A DNA stretch of 64,000 nucleotides, taken from positions 1,786 through 65,785 of the forward strand of contig CAZBNF010000001.1 in the NCBI GenBank assembly GCA_964493115.1. The letters are read 5' to 3'. The DNA is from an uncultured Planctomycetia bacterium. GTDB taxonomy: Bacteria > Omnitrophota > Gorgyraeia > JABMRG01. A program made the position numbers and the translations under genes. The notes under the pieces are model-generated. The model was not told the DNA's origin. It worked only from the letters and a program-made list of their open reading frames with translations, and ran no database searches. Of the stretch, positions 62,097-64,000 are shown piece after piece (the first letter of the stretch is position 1; each line of letters starts with the position of its first letter).

Positions 62097-63434
62097 ATGG
62101 ATCTATTCCAACAAACCGGCCAACCACCTAAAAAAGACTCCCCGCTCGCTGTTCGTATGCGGCCAAGAAACCTTGATGAATTTATAGGCCAACAACATAT
62201 CGCGGGCCCCGGTAAACTTTTGAACCGTACAATTGAGGCAGACAGGGTCGCGTCTTTTATTTTTTATGGCCCAAGCGGGGTTGGAAAAAACTGCCTTGCT
62301 CATATAATAAGCAATATAACAAAAAGCTATTTCGCGCGGATAAACGCGGTATCGTCTAATGTTTCAGAGATGCGTAAGCTTATAGAATCGGCAAAGAACA
62401 GGCGCGCGGTATCCGGCAAAAAAACAATACTATTTGTTGATGAAATACACCGCTTCAACAAGGCGCAGCAGGATATACTCATGCCCTACGTTGAAGAAGC
62501 AGACATCACCCTTATAGGCGCGACAACGCATAACCCCTTTTTTTATATTGTCCCGGCCCTTATCTCGCGCTCACTTATATTTGAATTAAAACTCTTAAGT
62601 GAAAATGAAATCAGGGTAATACTCCTTAATGCCTTACAAGACAAGGACAGGGGGCTTGGCGATAAGAATATAAAGATAGACGATAAGGCGCTAACTTTTC
62701 TTGCCAAGGTTTCTGATGGTGACGCACGCAGGGCCCTAAACGCCCTGGAAATCGGGGCATTGACCACGCCAGCCGATCAAGGCGGATACGTACATTACAC
62801 ACTAGAGGTAGCGCAGGAATCTGTACAGAAAAAGGCCGTCCTATATGATAAAGATGAGGATAGCCATTACGATACCATATCAGCGTTTATAAAATCCATG
62901 CGCGGTTCAGACCCTGATGCCGCGTTATATTGGCTTGCCAAGATGCTATATGCCGGCGAAGACCCGCGTTTCATAGTTAGGCGTATTGTGATATGCGCGT
63001 CAGAAGATGTTGGAAACGCGGATCCGCAGGCCTTGGTAGTTGCTAATGCCGCTTTGAATATCGCGGAATTTGTAGGCATGCCCGAGGCGCGCATACCATT
63101 AGCCCAGGCAACGGTTTATATAGCCACAGCGCCAAAATCAAACGCCTCTTATCTGGGTATTGAAAAAGCGCTCTCAGATGTAAAAGAAGGCCGCACGCTT
63201 GAAGTACCAGCACACCTTAAAGACGCAAGCTATAAAGGCGCCAAACAACTTGGACGCGGCCAAGGCTATAAATATGCTCATGAGTATGAGCACCATTATG
63301 TGGAACAGGACTATCTTCCCTATTCCTGTAGATACTATGAGCCGACAGAGATAGGCTATGAAAAGAGGATAAAAGATTATCTGTATAAGTTAAAGAAAGA
63401 TATTAGATACAAACCCCAGGATCTCTTGACTTAA
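62097..63434 (+). CDS. rarA: Replication-associated recombination protein A (RarA/MgsA), with an atypical Walker A GVGKN.
   Basis: Contains FYGPSGVGKNCLAHI, Walker B ILFVDEIHRFNKAQQD, sensor LIGATTHNPFFYIVPALISR, and a C-terminal MgsA helical domain. ATG 62097 is preferred over the ORF-track GTG 62046, which lies inside the upstream terminator hairpin. Confidence 0.85.
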   Translation: MDLFQQTGQPPKKDSPLAVRMRPRNLDEFIGQQHIAGPGKLLNRTIEADRVASFIFYGPSGVGKNCLAHIISNITKSYFARINAVSSNVSEMRKLIESAKNRRAVSGKKTILFVDEIHRFNKAQQDILMPYVEEADITLIGATTHNPFFYIVPALISRSLIFELKLLSENEIRVILLNALQDKDRGLGDKNIKIDDKALTFLAKVSDGDARRALNALEIGALTTPADQGGYVHYTLEVAQESVQKKAVLYDKDEDSHYDTISAFIKSMRGSDPDAALYWLAKMLYAGEDPRFIVRRIVICASEDVGNADPQALVVANAALNIAEFVGMPEARIPLAQATVYIATAPKSNASYLGIEKALSDVKEGRTLEVPAHLKDASYKGAKQLGRGQGYKYAHEYEHHYVEQDYLPYSCRYYEPTEIGYEKRIKDYLYKLKKDIRYKPQDLLT

Positions 63435-63539
63435 CCCCTTGTTTGGTGTATACTTAGTATATAAATGACCCATATGGGTTTTATTTTAGCATAAATAATA
63501 CATACTTTTAATAAGATAATAATATCATTAAGGGCATAT

Positions 63540-64000
63540 ATGTTTAAATATACAAAAAAGATACTATCACTTGTTTTAATTGTAAGTTTTATACTTACCA
63601 GCGCTATCCCATCATATGGGTTTAATGGCAGGACCCTGTTTACCCATAAATCCCATGCCCAAAGATACCTGAAAGATAAAGAGGCGTTGACCAATATAAT
63701 AGAGGCCCCATTCCTGTTAGATATTCCTCAATCAATGGGCAGAATCGTAGAAACTTACAAGGGTAAATCTGATTCCCTTATTATCCACATCCAGGACCGC
63801 CATATAGACCCGACCACGCAAAGTAACATATCTTCAATAATCGAACAGCTTAATACAAAATATAATGTTAATCTTATGTGTCTTGAAGGTGCCTCAGAAG
63901 AGCTCGATACATCTTTTTATGATAAGTATGAAGCAGGCCCAGCAAAGGAAAAGGTAGCAGGCCTTTTCATGCAGCAAGGGCTTTTTACAGGCGCGGAACT
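63540..64000 (+). CDS. Hypothetical secreted protein, partial (it continues beyond the right window edge).
   Basis: Starts at ATG 63540 and translates to MFKYTKKILSLVLIVSFILTSAIPSYGFNGRTLF..., a signal-peptide-like N-terminus. No stop codon occurs before the window end. Confidence 0.5.
   Translation, partial: MFKYTKKILSLVLIVSFILTSAIPSYGFNGRTLFTHKSHAQRYLKDKEALTNIIEAPFLLDIPQSMGRIVETYKGKSDSLIIHIQDRHIDPTTQSNISSIIEQLNTKYNVNLMCLEGASEELDTSFYDKYEAGPAKEKVAGLFMQQGLFTGAE

Noticed and set aside
63431-63694. An 87-aa minus-strand ORF downstream of rarA.
   Set aside because: It is extremely AT-rich and I/Y/L-rich, and it overlaps the start of a plus-strand gene encoding a signal peptide. It has no supporting features.

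Overview
Origin-proximal chromosomal window of a moderately low-GC bacterium. A giant 25.8-kb minus-strand ORF suggests a lineage known for giant genes, such as Omnitrophota-like, but that is only a guess.

Layout on the minus strand, positions 1-41883:
- A signalling operon: 7TM-GAF histidine kinase (partial at the window edge), PilZ-methyltransferase fusion, and response regulator.
- The single uninterrupted 8586-codon ORF at 4452..30212. It encodes a membrane-anchored, coiled-coil, HAD, HEAT, 6xAAA+ (midasin/MoxR-like, three tandem AAA-pair modules), HExxH and C-terminal vWA/MIDAS protein. It is translationally coupled to a small ORF and a winged-helix gene upstream.
- tRNA-Glu, then intein-containing gyrA and gyrB, a DUF721 gene, dnaN, a putative oriC, and dnaA.

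Layout on the plus strand, 42012 onward:
- rpmH-rnpA-yidD-yidC, a parS site, parA-parB, ndk, yicC, remA-like, gmk, rpoZ, and split coaC/coaB.
- A ~1.6-kb degraded mobile-element remnant between tRNA-Cys and tRNA-Val, carrying a Doc/HTH toxin-antitoxin pair and an integrase N-terminal fragment.
- A GGDEF cyclase on the minus strand, then tRNA-Leu, thrS, infC (probable AUU start), rpmI, rplT, trkH, trkA, pheS, pheT, a candidate small RNA, rarA, and a partial secreted protein at the right edge.

The most unusual element is the giant midasin-like membrane protein and its small upstream partners. No CRISPR array or rRNA is present.
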